NCBI GenBank assembly: GCA_040400605.1
Contig: JBBAPZ010000005.1
Coordinates: 1-64,000 of the forward strand
Direction: 5' to 3'
Length of the DNA stretch: 64,000 bases
Source: Candidatus Sericytochromatia bacterium
GTDB lineage: Bacteria > Cyanobacteriota > Sericytochromatia > S15B-MN24 > JAQBPE01
The position numbers were made by a program, and so were the translations under genes. The stretch's first letter is position 1; each line of letters opens with the position of its first letter. Positions 49,736 through 59,581 of the stretch are shown in pieces. The notes beneath the pieces are model-generated. The model was not told the DNA's origin. It saw only the letters and a list, made by a program, of their open reading frames with translations, and made no database searches.

Positions 49736-51556
49736 TTATTTGGCTGAGGCGGCTTCGGGCACACCGGCTTTGAATTGCTCGTGATACAGGCGGGCATACA
49801 GGCCATTGATTTGCAGCAATTGGTCATGCGTGCCACGTTCAACGACGCAGCCGCCATCCAGCACCAAGATGAGATCTGCGTGGATCACGGTGGACAGACG
49901 GTGGGCGATCGCAACAGTGGTCCGATTGGCCATTAACGGCTGAAGTGCCTGTTGGATCAGGGTTTCTGATTGTGAATCGAGGCTTGACGTCGCTTCATCC
50001 AGTATCAGGATCCGGGGTGACTTCAAGATGACGCGCGCCAGCGCCAAACGCTGTTTTTCGCCCCCGGACAGCCGGTAACCCCGTTCGCCCACCACCGTGT
50101 CGTACCCCTCGGGCAGACGGGTGATCGCGTCATGAATCGACGCCGCCCGACAGGCTGCCTCCAATTCCGTCATCGTTGCACCGGGTTTGGCCAATAACAG
50201 GTTTTCACGCAATGTGGTGTGAAACAGGAATGGCTCTTGCGTCACGGTCGCCATCTGGGCCTGCAATGAGTCCAAGGTGACGGCGCGCAAGTCGTGTCCA
50301 TCCAAGGTGATGCGGCCCTGCGTCGGGTCGTAAAATCGCGACAGCAAATAGGTCAGCGTCGTTTTTCCAGCACCGGACGGACCCACGAGCGCGACCAACT
50401 GACCTGGATGCGCCTCAAAACTGATTCCGTCGAGTAACCGCTGATCCGCACGATATTGAAAACCAACCTGCTCAAACACGATGTGCCCTTCCACGGATGA
50501 CAAGGTTTTTGCATCGGGTTGATCCTGCACGGCGGGCGGAGCGTCAAGCATCACGAACAATCGGTTCCACACCGCAAAGGCTGACAAAACCTGTACATGA
50601 ATCGTCGCCAATGCCGCGACCGGACCATAGAGGCGACTAAGGTAAGCAACGAAAGCAACAATCGTTCCAACTGAAAGCGTTCCCAACATGGCCAAATGTC
50701 CGCCGTACCAGTAGACCAACGCGGGCCCAATGAACCCGAACAGCCCCAGTGCCAGCATAAACCACCGCCATACCAGCATCCGCTGCATCGACAAACGGCC
50801 ATTTTCACGCGCCACCGCGCGGTACTGCTCAAGTTCGAGGTGACGATGACCAAACACGCGCCGGATCAAGAACCCATTGATGCTCATCGCATCTTGCACC
50901 ATGGCGTGAAGATCAGCCCGGTTGTTGTTCAGCGCCGTCATGATTCGTTGACGAATCTTGCCAACCTGCCACGCGGGCGGAATGAAACAGGGCACAACCA
51001 GCAAGGCAAGGAGCGCCAGCTGCCAGTTCAGTGCCACAATCACCACCGCCGTTGAACACAAAATCACCACGTTGCTGGTCAGTGCAACCACCGTATCGGA
51101 AAATATGTCGGAAAGCTCGTTCACATCATTGTTCAGGCGTGAACTGATTTCACCCGGGCGAGTATTGGTGAAATAATCCATCGATTGCCCCTGCAGGCGG
51201 CCAAACAACTCCTGTCGCAAATCAAGAATCACGCCTTGGCTCAGGCGTTCATCCAACCAGGTTTCAAGTACACTCAGTAACCCCGTTACCAACGGTATCA
51301 TGATCATCCCGGCACAGTACCAATGCAGACGCGTCACGTCGCGCGCCGGAATGACATCATCGAGCAGGGCGCGTAACAAAAGCGGCGGAAACAGCCCCAG
51401 AAAGGCTGACAGCAAGATGACGATCAAAACGCCAAAAGCTTCACGCCTGTAGGGCTTGAAATAGCCGACAATTCGACGCAAGGCTGCCCAGGTGACCGGT
51501 GTTGTCTCGGCCTTGGCACCGTAACTGAGCACGTGCCAACCAAGCCCCCCCATCAT
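49736..51556 (-). CDS. Fused ABC exporter permease/ATPase (MsbA/MdlB type)
   Basis: Six-TM domain, GPSGAGKT, LSGGEKQR, DEATS. Confidence 0.95.
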   Translation of the reverse strand: MMGGLGWHVLSYGAKAETTPVTWAALRRIVGYFKPYRREAFGVLIVILLSAFLGLFPPLLLRALLDDVIPARDVTRLHWYCAGMIMIPLVTGLLSVLETWLDERLSQGVILDLRQELFGRLQGQSMDYFTNTRPGEISSRLNNDVNELSDIFSDTVVALTSNVVILCSTAVVIVALNWQLALLALLVVPCFIPPAWQVGKIRQRIMTALNNNRADLHAMVQDAMSINGFLIRRVFGHRHLELEQYRAVARENGRLSMQRMLVWRWFMLALGLFGFIGPALVYWYGGHLAMLGTLSVGTIVAFVAYLSRLYGPVAALATIHVQVLSAFAVWNRLFVMLDAPPAVQDQPDAKTLSSVEGHIVFEQVGFQYRADQRLLDGISFEAHPGQLVALVGPSGAGKTTLTYLLSRFYDPTQGRITLDGHDLRAVTLDSLQAQMATVTQEPFLFHTTLRENLLLAKPGATMTELEAACRAASIHDAITRLPEGYDTVVGERGYRLSGGEKQRLALARVILKSPRILILDEATSSLDSQSETLIQQALQPLMANRTTVAIAHRLSTVIHADLILVLDGGCVVERGTHDQLLQINGLYARLYHEQFKAGVPEAASAK

Positions 51557-51724
51557 GTTTTACATCCTCTCTTGGCTGGCTTTGATTACCTTGTCCCCGT
51601 CTCATTATGAACCACGTGACCCCATTTGGTCACGACACAATACGGGTCAACAGTGGCAGCCAGACGACGTGCCACTGAAGGGTCACGGTCAGCGCGCCAT
51701 AATGATGGGGAAGGAACGCGCCAC

Positions 51725-53143
51725 TCAATCGAATGTCGGTTGGCCGCCAACCAGTCCCGACCATTGCAAAACGCCAAGGGCATTCGTGTTGGTAGCCGGA
51801 ACACGGTAACGCTTATTCAGTGCGTCTGTGACCCCGCCCGCACGAATGATGCTACGATAGGCGTTCACGCCATCGGTCGGGATCCGGGTGAATTCCCCGT
51901 CGCGACATTCGACGCGATATAAACCGAAACGTGGCGAAAAAGAACCCCATTCATAGTTGTCGGTGATCGACCAGTGAACATAGCCAAACACCGGGATTCC
52001 CTCCTGAATGGCACGCTGCATTTCACGGATGTGGGCCAACAGATACGTGGCGCGGGTCCAACGATCCCCGCGCTGCACGTGGTCACGGGTTGCCATGCCA
52101 TTTTCGGCGATCAAGACAGGCAGGCGGTAGTTGCGGTACAAACGTTTGATCGCTTTGTAAAAGCCTGTCGGGTAAACCTGCCATTTTTCCGGTGAAGGCA
52201 AATTGACGACTTCACCGAGGCTGAGTCGCGTGTAGTAGTCCATGGCGACAAAGTCCATGGTTTTGCCACCTTGCACCCCTGCCTCGGATGACGGGTTGAC
52301 CAGTTGATCCATCATCCATCGATCCGAGTGAATGGCTTGTGCTTCAGGTGGTTCGGCTGGCGGTTTCGGCGTGAGTACCCACTCTGCGGTGTACCAATTC
52401 GTTGACACCAAGGCGTCTGGGTCATCGCGATGCAACGCCGCATAGGCGAGTTTGTGTGCGCGAATCATCGCGTAAGCGACTTTCAGCGCGACCACCGGAT
52501 CACGTTTGCCGGGTGGCGTGACGCCGGCCAGATACCCACCTGCCACGTAGACATTGGGTTCATTGAAGGTCAGATAGTAACGAAGCTCCGCACCAAATTC
52601 AGAGGCGATGAATGCCGCGTGACGCGCAAACATCTGATCCGCCTCCGGATGCTCCCAGCCGCCTTTGCGCTCAAACCACGCAGGATGTGAAAAGTGATGC
52701 AACGTGACGATTGGCGTCATGCCCCGCTTGCGTATCGCGTCCAGCATCTTGTGGTAATAGGCGATCGCGCGCGGATCAAGCTTGCCTTCCTCAGGCTCGA
52801 TACGTGCCCACTCGAAACTGGTTCTAAATGTGTTGCACCCCATTGATTCCGTCAGCGCAATGTCTTCTTCAAAACGATTAAGACCATCGGCACCTCGTGG
52901 GTTGCGCTCCTTTGTCTTTTCAGCCCGATCCCATTGTGCCCACTGTGAATCGCTGTCGTACCCTTCCCACTGATACCCCGCCGTCGACACACCCCATAAA
53001 AAACCGGGCGGAAACGCCGATTGCTGTTGCACACTCAAGCCTCCACCCACTTTGGGCGTGGCACCCAGTTGGGCACAACCAGCCAGCACACCAACCAGAC
53101 CAGCGACAATACCCCGGATATACCGATTCGATGATTCAAACAT
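51725..53143 (-). CDS. Glycoside hydrolase family 1, lipoprotein
   Basis: LAGC lipobox, FP.GFLWG, TFNEP, IAENG, DNYEW. Confidence 0.92.
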   Translation of the reverse strand: MFESSNRYIRGIVAGLVGVLAGCAQLGATPKVGGGLSVQQQSAFPPGFLWGVSTAGYQWEGYDSDSQWAQWDRAEKTKERNPRGADGLNRFEEDIALTESMGCNTFRTSFEWARIEPEEGKLDPRAIAYYHKMLDAIRKRGMTPIVTLHHFSHPAWFERKGGWEHPEADQMFARHAAFIASEFGAELRYYLTFNEPNVYVAGGYLAGVTPPGKRDPVVALKVAYAMIRAHKLAYAALHRDDPDALVSTNWYTAEWVLTPKPPAEPPEAQAIHSDRWMMDQLVNPSSEAGVQGGKTMDFVAMDYYTRLSLGEVVNLPSPEKWQVYPTGFYKAIKRLYRNYRLPVLIAENGMATRDHVQRGDRWTRATYLLAHIREMQRAIQEGIPVFGYVHWSITDNYEWGSFSPRFGLYRVECRDGEFTRIPTDGVNAYRSIIRAGGVTDALNKRYRVPATNTNALGVLQWSGLVGGQPTFD

Positions 53144-53491
53144 AGCGTTCAGACACTCCCTCGTTTACACCGAATTCCCACTTCAATACTAAATTCAGAA
53201 CAATTTAATCAATCCTTAGTTTTATTGTGACAATTTATGCACAGTGAACTGTAAAAGAAAAATTAAAGGCTCAACAAAAACATGCTAAATTTTCGGTTAA
53301 AGGCATGCCTCTTGATTGAACCGCGTCGCGGCGAGATGTGAAAATGATGCTTCGATATAATGTGACGGTTGCCAAGCGGCTCAATTGTCTCAGGATGAAC
53401 ATTGTTCTTGGGCTGTTTGTGGATTTGCCAGCGATCGCCAAACGACGTCCCGGAAGCACGGGTGGTTGTCACGTCGCCTGCACGTGTTGCA

Positions 53492-53520
53492 TTGACGCCG
53501 GGTGAGTGCGCGCTTATACT
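53492..53520 (+). promoter_or_regulatory. Sigma70-type promoter
   Basis: TTGACG-N17-TATACT. Confidence 0.75.
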
Positions 53521-53584
53521 GCAGCAGACGGCGCAGGCTAGATCGGTCGTTTTGTGTGATGTATGAGACTCGCGTGATGGTTGG

Positions 53585-54286
53585 ATGAGTCAGCAGGAAT
53601 TGGCGCGTAGTAGCGTCGAAGCGTTTTTAGCCGATGTGGCGACGGCGTCTCCGGCACCTGCTGGAATGGGTGTTTCGGCTCTGTCTGGCGCATTGGCTGC
53701 CGCATTGGTGCGTTTGGTCGCAAATTTGACGGCCGGGCGCTCCGGATATGAACCGTTGACTGAAGAAATGGAGCGTATCATTGAGCGCGTCAAGGCGCTT
53801 GAACTGCAACTGTTGACGTGTATGGACCAAGAGTTGGCGGCCATCAACAAGTTGACGGAAGCCTTGTCGTTGCCGAAGGGCACGGGCGATGAACGGGATG
53901 AACAATCGGTGATTCGTCGCGATTTGGTGCGAATCTCTGCCCGTAGCTACGCGCTGATTCCGCTACAGATTGGTCAGGTTGGCATGGAAGTGGCACAATT
54001 GGCGGAGTCGGTTGTTCGCTATGGTAACCAGGAGCTTTTGGCGGATGCCGGCACCGCAGCGATGCTCGCCTGTGCCATGGTCAAATCTGCGGCGTTGCAC
54101 GTGCAAGTTAACGCCAAAGGTTTCGATGATGAGTGGGCGATAGAGGCGCGTCAGCGCGTCGCTGCCTGGCTGACGCGATTGCCAGGCATCGAAAATGAAC
54201 TTTGGCGCTACCTGCTGGCTCAGGTTGGCTGTAACCACTTGGAGCTGCGATCATCAGATGTTGGAAATGCAGGGTATGACGCCTGA
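53585..54286 (+). CDS. Formiminotransferase-cyclodeaminase C-terminal / cyclohydrolase family protein
   Basis: SVEAFL...SPAP.G..VSAL.GALAAAL...VANLT; GN..L.ADAG; some motifs divergent. Confidence 0.8.
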   Translation: MSQQELARSSVEAFLADVATASPAPAGMGVSALSGALAAALVRLVANLTAGRSGYEPLTEEMERIIERVKALELQLLTCMDQELAAINKLTEALSLPKGTGDERDEQSVIRRDLVRISARSYALIPLQIGQVGMEVAQLAESVVRYGNQELLADAGTAAMLACAMVKSAALHVQVNAKGFDDEWAIEARQRVAAWLTRLPGIENELWRYLLAQVGCNHLELRSSDVGNAGYDA

Positions 54287-54287
54287 G

Positions 54288-54776
54288 TCAATCCTTGGAG
54301 AACTTTCCGAAATCGCCCGGTTTGACGTTTTCTAAAAATTCTCGGAATTTGGCATTTTCGTCTTCTTCGTGAGGCGCCTCAAGCGGTATGGCGTGTTTTT
54401 GCAAGACATTGTCGTCCACAAAAATGGGTGCATCCGTCCGCAGTGCCAATGCAATGGCGTCGCTGGGACGGGCGTCGAGCGTGAAGGATGCCTTGTTACG
54501 GACGAGGTGCAGTTCGGCGTAAAAGGTCTGCTCGCGCATATCGGCGATAAAGATGCGCTTCACGGTGGCATCCAGTGTCTGTATGGTTTTTGCGAGCAGG
54601 TCATGGGTCATGGGACGCGGTGGTGTAACGTTTTCGAGCGCCATCAAGATGGAATTGGCTTCCGCTTCGCCAATCCAAATCAACAGTGCCCGTTTTTGTT
54701 CGCTATCGCGGAGCAACACGATTGGATGGCGGGACTGGGCGTCCAGAATCACGCCAGAGACCTTCATCTCGATCAT
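54288..54776 (-). CDS. Bifunctional nuclease family protein (DUF151)
   Basis: L.IWIG.AEA, RPMTHDL, TFYA, DARPSDAIALA. Confidence 0.93.
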   Translation of the reverse strand: MIEMKVSGVILDAQSRHPIVLLRDSEQKRALLIWIGEAEANSILMALENVTPPRPMTHDLLAKTIQTLDATVKRIFIADMREQTFYAELHLVRNKASFTLDARPSDAIALALRTDAPIFVDDNVLQKHAIPLEAPHEEDENAKFREFLENVKPGDFGKFSKD

Positions 54777-54891
54777 GACGATTCGCTCCTTGCTGAAATT
54801 CTCTCCGCGACAGTATAGCACGAGGGCTTTGCGCATCAAGCAATGGGCCGCCATTTTTTGGCGGAATCGCCGACAGGACAATCTGGCAGGG

Positions 54892-55242
54892 TCACAAGCG
54901 ATCGGTTTGTTGTCGTCGACTGATTTTTTTAAAGTACCCCTCGATGGCGATATAGCCGCCAAAGATACCGCCGCCCATTACGAGAAGTGCCAGGTCGCCA
55001 ATCACCTCCGCACCAGTGCGAGGAATCCAGGCCAGTTCCGTGAACACCATGACCAACGTTCTAACGGCTAACGCGCCGGATGCCACCAGAAACGCCGTGA
55101 CCATCCGTGAAAGCATTCCGCGCCCCAGCGCAGTTTTCACACGATTGGCCATATACAAACCAACCGAGAATGAGGCAAAACTGAAAAAGAACGTGATCAA
55201 ATTGATGAGAACGGCTACAGTGTGCCATGCTTCCAGGTTCAC
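54892..55242 (-). CDS. Small hypothetical membrane protein
   Basis: About three hydrophobic helices; GTG start after GAGGAA. Confidence 0.65.
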   Translation of the reverse strand: MNLEAWHTVAVLINLITFFFSFASFSVGLYMANRVKTALGRGMLSRMVTAFLVASGALAVRTLVMVFTELAWIPRTGAEVIGDLALLVMGGGIFGGYIAIEGYFKKISRRQQTDRL

Positions 55243-55309
55243 GGCGTTTTCCTCGTGTTTGGCGATGGCTCGCAGAATGACAACACGGGTTGAGGGTGGT
55301 TTGGTCTGA

Positions 55310-56005
55310 TCATAAAACGCGACCATCAACAATTTGAATGACTTTTTGGGCCTGCGCAGCAATGTCAGGATTGTGTGTAACCAGAATGACCGTTTGCCCG
55401 GATTGTCTGTGATTGGCCAATAACCATGCGATGACCTGCTCTCCCGTGCGAGTGTCAAGGTTGCCAGTCAGTTCATCGCCCAGTAAAACCTCAGGTTGAT
55501 TGGCCAGTCCTCGGGCGATCGCTACCCGCTGCTGTTGGCCGCCTGACAGTTGATGCGGGCGATGGGAGGCGCGATGGCTCACCGCCAGGGTCTCCAACAA
55601 CTCCGCGGCCCGTTGCCGCGCTTTTTGCGGGGCCAAGCCCCGAACCAACATCGGCAGGGCCACGTTGTCCAAAGCGCTGAGATCAGGCAGCAAAAAGTGA
55701 AACTGAAACACAAAACCCACCATTCGATTTCGCAGGCTTGATAACCGGTTGTCATCCAACAGATGCGTAGCCACCCCATCAATGAGAATTTGACCCGCAG
55801 TGGGGCGATCCAACGCACCCAGCAGGTACAGCAACGTGCTCTTGCCACTGCCGCTAGGACCCGTGATGGCCACGAACTCACCCCGTGAAATCGACAGGTT
55901 CACCTGTTGTAACGCGGTCACAGGCTCTTCACTACCCGGCAGCGTCTTGGACACCGCGATGGCTTCCAGAATGGTATCGGTGCGCTTCGGTTGAGCCACA
56001 GTCAT
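55310..56005 (-). CDS. ABC transporter ATP-binding protein (LolD/MacB-like)
   Basis: GPSGSGKST, GFVFQF, LSGGQQQR, DE.TGNLD. Confidence 0.92.
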   Translation of the reverse strand: MTVAQPKRTDTILEAIAVSKTLPGSEEPVTALQQVNLSISRGEFVAITGPSGSGKSTLLYLLGALDRPTAGQILIDGVATHLLDDNRLSSLRNRMVGFVFQFHFLLPDLSALDNVALPMLVRGLAPQKARQRAAELLETLAVSHRASHRPHQLSGGQQQRVAIARGLANQPEVLLGDELTGNLDTRTGEQVIAWLLANHRQSGQTVILVTHNPDIAAQAQKVIQIVDGRVL

Positions 56006-57288
56006 CTGAATGCCTGCTTGCCGAGCCTGAGGCTGTACTGCGCTCCGTAAGCACCCGCTACCTCGTGACCCACGACAACACGTGGCGCCGTGCCCAAGGC
56101 CTCGGTTACAATCGCCAAAATTTTCGCTGAGCGCTGTTTCAACTGCGGATTCTCGATCAACTGCAAATCATTTTGGTTGACCGGTTCGCGCGCCGTTCGA
56201 ATCACTTGACAACCCCGCGCAGTGAGTGCGTTTGCCAGCAACAACACCTTTTCATCGGCAGGGTCATCATACGTTATGGCGATACTCGCCCGGGTACTAT
56301 CGGGTGCGTCTTCATCAAAATGAGCGACCAACCGTGATTTTAGCGAGTACCACCGAGCACTGTTAAACAGCCATTCACCGCGTTGGTTCACACGACCAGG
56401 CAAAGTCGCGTAGGCAACCCCTTCAGGCGGCGTCCGAATCAAGTCATCCAACAAACGGTCAAGGTCCGCATTCTGAAAATCGGTGGCCACCGTGTCACGT
56501 ACAACACCTTTGAAGCGCCACAAGGACCAGGCCCACTGACTGCGCAATCGTCGATGCCACTCGTGGAACAGCGCCTGGAGCCGCTCGGTGCGTTCGTCGG
56601 GTTCCCGAGCGCTGGCAAAAACGTACGCAAGGCTTTTGTCAGCATCCAAACGTTGCCAACCGCCTCCCACCTCAATGCCAAGTTTGTAATCCATCGAGCG
56701 GTATCGCAACGGCTTTGCAAAAAAAATGTCGTTTGGGCCGACCGCAGCGAGCAAGGCGCGCGCACCGTTTGGATCGATGGTGACCCGATGATGGATGGTT
56801 AACCCTGTCAATTCTTCAACTGTGTTGCTCACCAAGCGTAAGTCACCAATCGCCATCCCATCTCCCAGGGTGCCTGTGCCGACCTCACCCAAGGTCGCCC
56901 TCGTTTCACGCGGAATTGCCACGATGTAGGCCTGTCTCAAACGACGTGAGTGACCCAACACAAAAATGCTGTCCGCCAGGCGACGAGTGATTTTATCGAG
57001 TGGCTGAAGGGGCAATTGACGTGGGTCAATACCCACCACTAACGTGTTGCTCCAGTCGCTGTTGTCAGCCTGCGTCACGCGGCTTGCCGGCCAAATGAGG
57101 GCGATGGCACCCTTTGCGAGTCGGATGGCCCCCCAAGTTAACAGCCCCAAGACTATCAGGGACACAACAAGTCTCAACCACCTGGGCGGACCCCGGCGCC
57201 TACGCCTGCGGCGACGCAGGATGGCACCCAATGTTGGCGTTTGTTCAGTCGATGGCATCATATTTTCACATAACGTTACGGATGACAA
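56002..57288 (-). CDS. LCP (LytR-CpsA-Psr) family protein with a LytR_C-like tail, divergent
   Basis: Arg-rich N-terminus plus TM; LVVGID, ADSI, IPRET, G.QRLD. Confidence 0.75.
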   Translation of the reverse strand: MSSVTLCENMMPSTEQTPTLGAILRRRRRRRRGPPRWLRLVVSLIVLGLLTWGAIRLAKGAIALIWPASRVTQADNSDWSNTLVVGIDPRQLPLQPLDKITRRLADSIFVLGHSRRLRQAYIVAIPRETRATLGEVGTGTLGDGMAIGDLRLVSNTVEELTGLTIHHRVTIDPNGARALLAAVGPNDIFFAKPLRYRSMDYKLGIEVGGGWQRLDADKSLAYVFASAREPDERTERLQALFHEWHRRLRSQWAWSLWRFKGVVRDTVATDFQNADLDRLLDDLIRTPPEGVAYATLPGRVNQRGEWLFNSARWYSLKSRLVAHFDEDAPDSTRASIAITYDDPADEKVLLLANALTARGCQVIRTAREPVNQNDLQLIENPQLKQRSAKILAIVTEALGTAPRVVVGHEVAGAYGAQYSLRLGKQAFR

Positions 57289-57454
57289 AATACCATACCA
57301 TTGCCAGAACTGACACGCTACACATGGTGTTGGCGTGTCAACTCGCCTGTGACGTCGCAGTTAAAGGGCGTTTTGTGGTGAGTCAAGCAGGTATCTTTGA
57401 GATGGGGTATAACTTGCTCGGATGGTTAAGTCTTTGGCGCTACGAGGAAAACAT

Positions 57455-57925
57455 ATGTCACAGGAACACGCTCAATTCAATGAATATGCGAAGTTTTTGA
57501 TGGGTAAGCATCTGGATGTGGTCTGTCAGGAAATATTGCTCGGCTTGCGGCAGTTTGATACGCCATTGTTGCAATTGCTTTTCAAGAAACCGGAGGCGGA
57601 GGCGTTGGCGTGGTTGAAAGCGCGTGAGCAGAGTTTTTTGGAAGCGGCTGCACAAGGAGCGGCACTTGAGTATGATCGGGAACGGTTGAAAATGTGGGAG
57701 ACAGAGGGTGTCGCGGGAATTCCCCAAGCGGCGCAAGATGCGACGGACATGTTTTTGTTTCACCTCGCCCATCGTCGTGCGCTGCAAAAGTTTGTCGCGC
57801 GTTATGCGCGTTCATCTTCGATGAAGATTGCAACGCTGGAGGCGATTGAGGCGCATTACGAGATTCTGTTGCCTTTTGCAAGGCAAGCCATGGCACGCTT
57901 TGCTGAATCAAGCCGTCGGGGGTGA
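57455..57925 (+). CDS. Hypothetical all-helical protein
   Basis: GAGGAA RBS; helical composition; overlaps the helicase stop codon. Confidence 0.7.
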   Translation: MSQEHAQFNEYAKFLMGKHLDVVCQEILLGLRQFDTPLLQLLFKKPEAEALAWLKAREQSFLEAAAQGAALEYDRERLKMWETEGVAGIPQAAQDATDMFLFHLAHRRALQKFVARYARSSSMKIATLEAIEAHYEILLPFARQAMARFAESSRRG

Positions 57926-59326
57926 GGCGGTCGGTTCGGTTGCTTGTGCGGGCTCATGAATGACAACAGATCGCTTTTTCGCGGTCAGTTGTCGCTTTCG
58001 GGCTTTTTTTGCCTTGCCCTTTGCGATTGACCGTTTGGTTGGTGTCCGTTTTTTTGTCTTTGACGTTTTGGGACTGGATGGTGATGGCTCCGCGGTTACC
58101 GGCTCGTCGTCGCGTTGCTTGGCATGGCGTGCCTTGGCAAGCGCGATGCGGTGGTCAGCATCGGTTGCTTCTCGAACGACCCCCTCGCGGTAAATGGGAT
58201 ACTCGAACGTGATACCCAGTGATTTCTCCAGCTTGTTAAGCAAGAACCGCTCCGATTCGGCGAACAGCGTGATGGCCAGCCCATTTTTGCCCATTCTGGC
58301 GGTTCGTCCCACGCGATTGACGTATTGATGCGGTGAACTCGGAAAATCAAGATTAAAAACGAGTGATACGCGCGACAAATCCAGTCCCCGCGCAGCGAGT
58401 TCAGTGGCAAGCAACAGGTCCAATGCGCCGGCGCGGAAGGCGCGCATGGTCGTCTGGCGTTCCAGTTTGCCAATCCCGCCGTGGATGATGCCGACACGAA
58501 CCTGATGATGCTTCAGTTTTCGGGCCAAAAAGTCGAGGTCAGCTGCACGATTGTGAAAGGCGATCGCACCCGTATTTGCCTCGTTTCGCAAAATGCGCCG
58601 CATGACGTCCAGCTTTTCTCGTGCATCCGTCGCGATGGCAAGATGTCTGAGTGTGGTTGGTAATTTGGGCGAATCCGCTTCAGGCGGACACAGCCGCACG
58701 GGATGCTTCAGATGTTGATCCGCCCATTGTTGAAGGTGAGGCGGGAAGGTCGCAGAACATAAAATGGTCTGACGAGACGGTGACAAGGCCTTCAGCAAGG
58801 TTTCACATTCGGCCCGGTTGCCGTCATCCAGCAGTTGATCCGCTTCATCCAACACCAGATACCGAAGGTGGGTCCCCTTCAGACGACCTTGACGTATCAG
58901 GTCGAGCACCCGCCCCAAACTGCCGATGACCACATGGGTCTCGCGTTTGAGTGCTTCAACCTGTCGGCTCGGATTGGCGCCGCCAAGCAGTGGCACGATT
59001 CCCCAGTCAGGAACCAGTTGCTTGAGTACATCGCGAATCTGCAAGCCGAGTTCAGCGGAGGGTACCAGCACCATCCCCCACGGTGCCGCGCGACGATCAG
59101 CTACCGTCTGGGTGGCATCTTGTGCCTCGAGTTCCAGACGCATAATCAAAGGCAGTGCATAAGCCAGTGTCTTGCCGCTACCTGTATGGGACTCAATGCA
59201 CGCATCAAGCCCATCGGGTAACTTTTGCAGACAAAGCGTCTGAATGGCTGTCGGCAGCTCAATGCCAGCTTTGCTCAGACGTTCACAAATCGCTGCAGAT
59301 ACGCCAAGCGATCCAAATGTTGACAT
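57908..59326 (-). CDS. DEAD-box RNA helicase
   Basis: Q motif, TGSGKT, DEAD, SAT, ARGLD, RVGRTAR, basic tail; ATG 59326 after GAGGA. Confidence 0.93.
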   Translation of the reverse strand: MSTFGSLGVSAAICERLSKAGIELPTAIQTLCLQKLPDGLDACIESHTGSGKTLAYALPLIMRLELEAQDATQTVADRRAAPWGMVLVPSAELGLQIRDVLKQLVPDWGIVPLLGGANPSRQVEALKRETHVVIGSLGRVLDLIRQGRLKGTHLRYLVLDEADQLLDDGNRAECETLLKALSPSRQTILCSATFPPHLQQWADQHLKHPVRLCPPEADSPKLPTTLRHLAIATDAREKLDVMRRILRNEANTGAIAFHNRAADLDFLARKLKHHQVRVGIIHGGIGKLERQTTMRAFRAGALDLLLATELAARGLDLSRVSLVFNLDFPSSPHQYVNRVGRTARMGKNGLAITLFAESERFLLNKLEKSLGITFEYPIYREGVVREATDADHRIALAKARHAKQRDDEPVTAEPSPSSPKTSKTKKRTPTKRSIAKGKAKKARKRQLTAKKRSVVIHEPAQATEPTASPPTA

Positions 59327-59534
59327 GGGTTCCTCAATCCGTTTAATGATTTTCCGACAACGCCTGCTCACTGTAAAAGTCGGCAGCAACACGCATCGTG
59401 TTCCATTATATCCACGCGGTTCCATCGTCACTGTTCGGCCAGGTTGGGTTAAAAATGCCGACGACGCACCCACGGTTTTCGGTTGAGCTTTTGTGCCATT
59501 GGAAACCCATGCCGATTCAGTTGAAACCGACAAC

Positions 59535-59567
59535 AAAAAAGGCCGCCTCACCACCGGCGAGGCAGCC
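59535..59567 (-). terminator. Intrinsic terminator after the subtilase
   Basis: Minus strand ggctgcctcgcc-ggt-ggtgaggcggcc-tttttt. Confidence 0.85.
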
Positions 59568-59581
59568 CTCGTTCAAATTAA

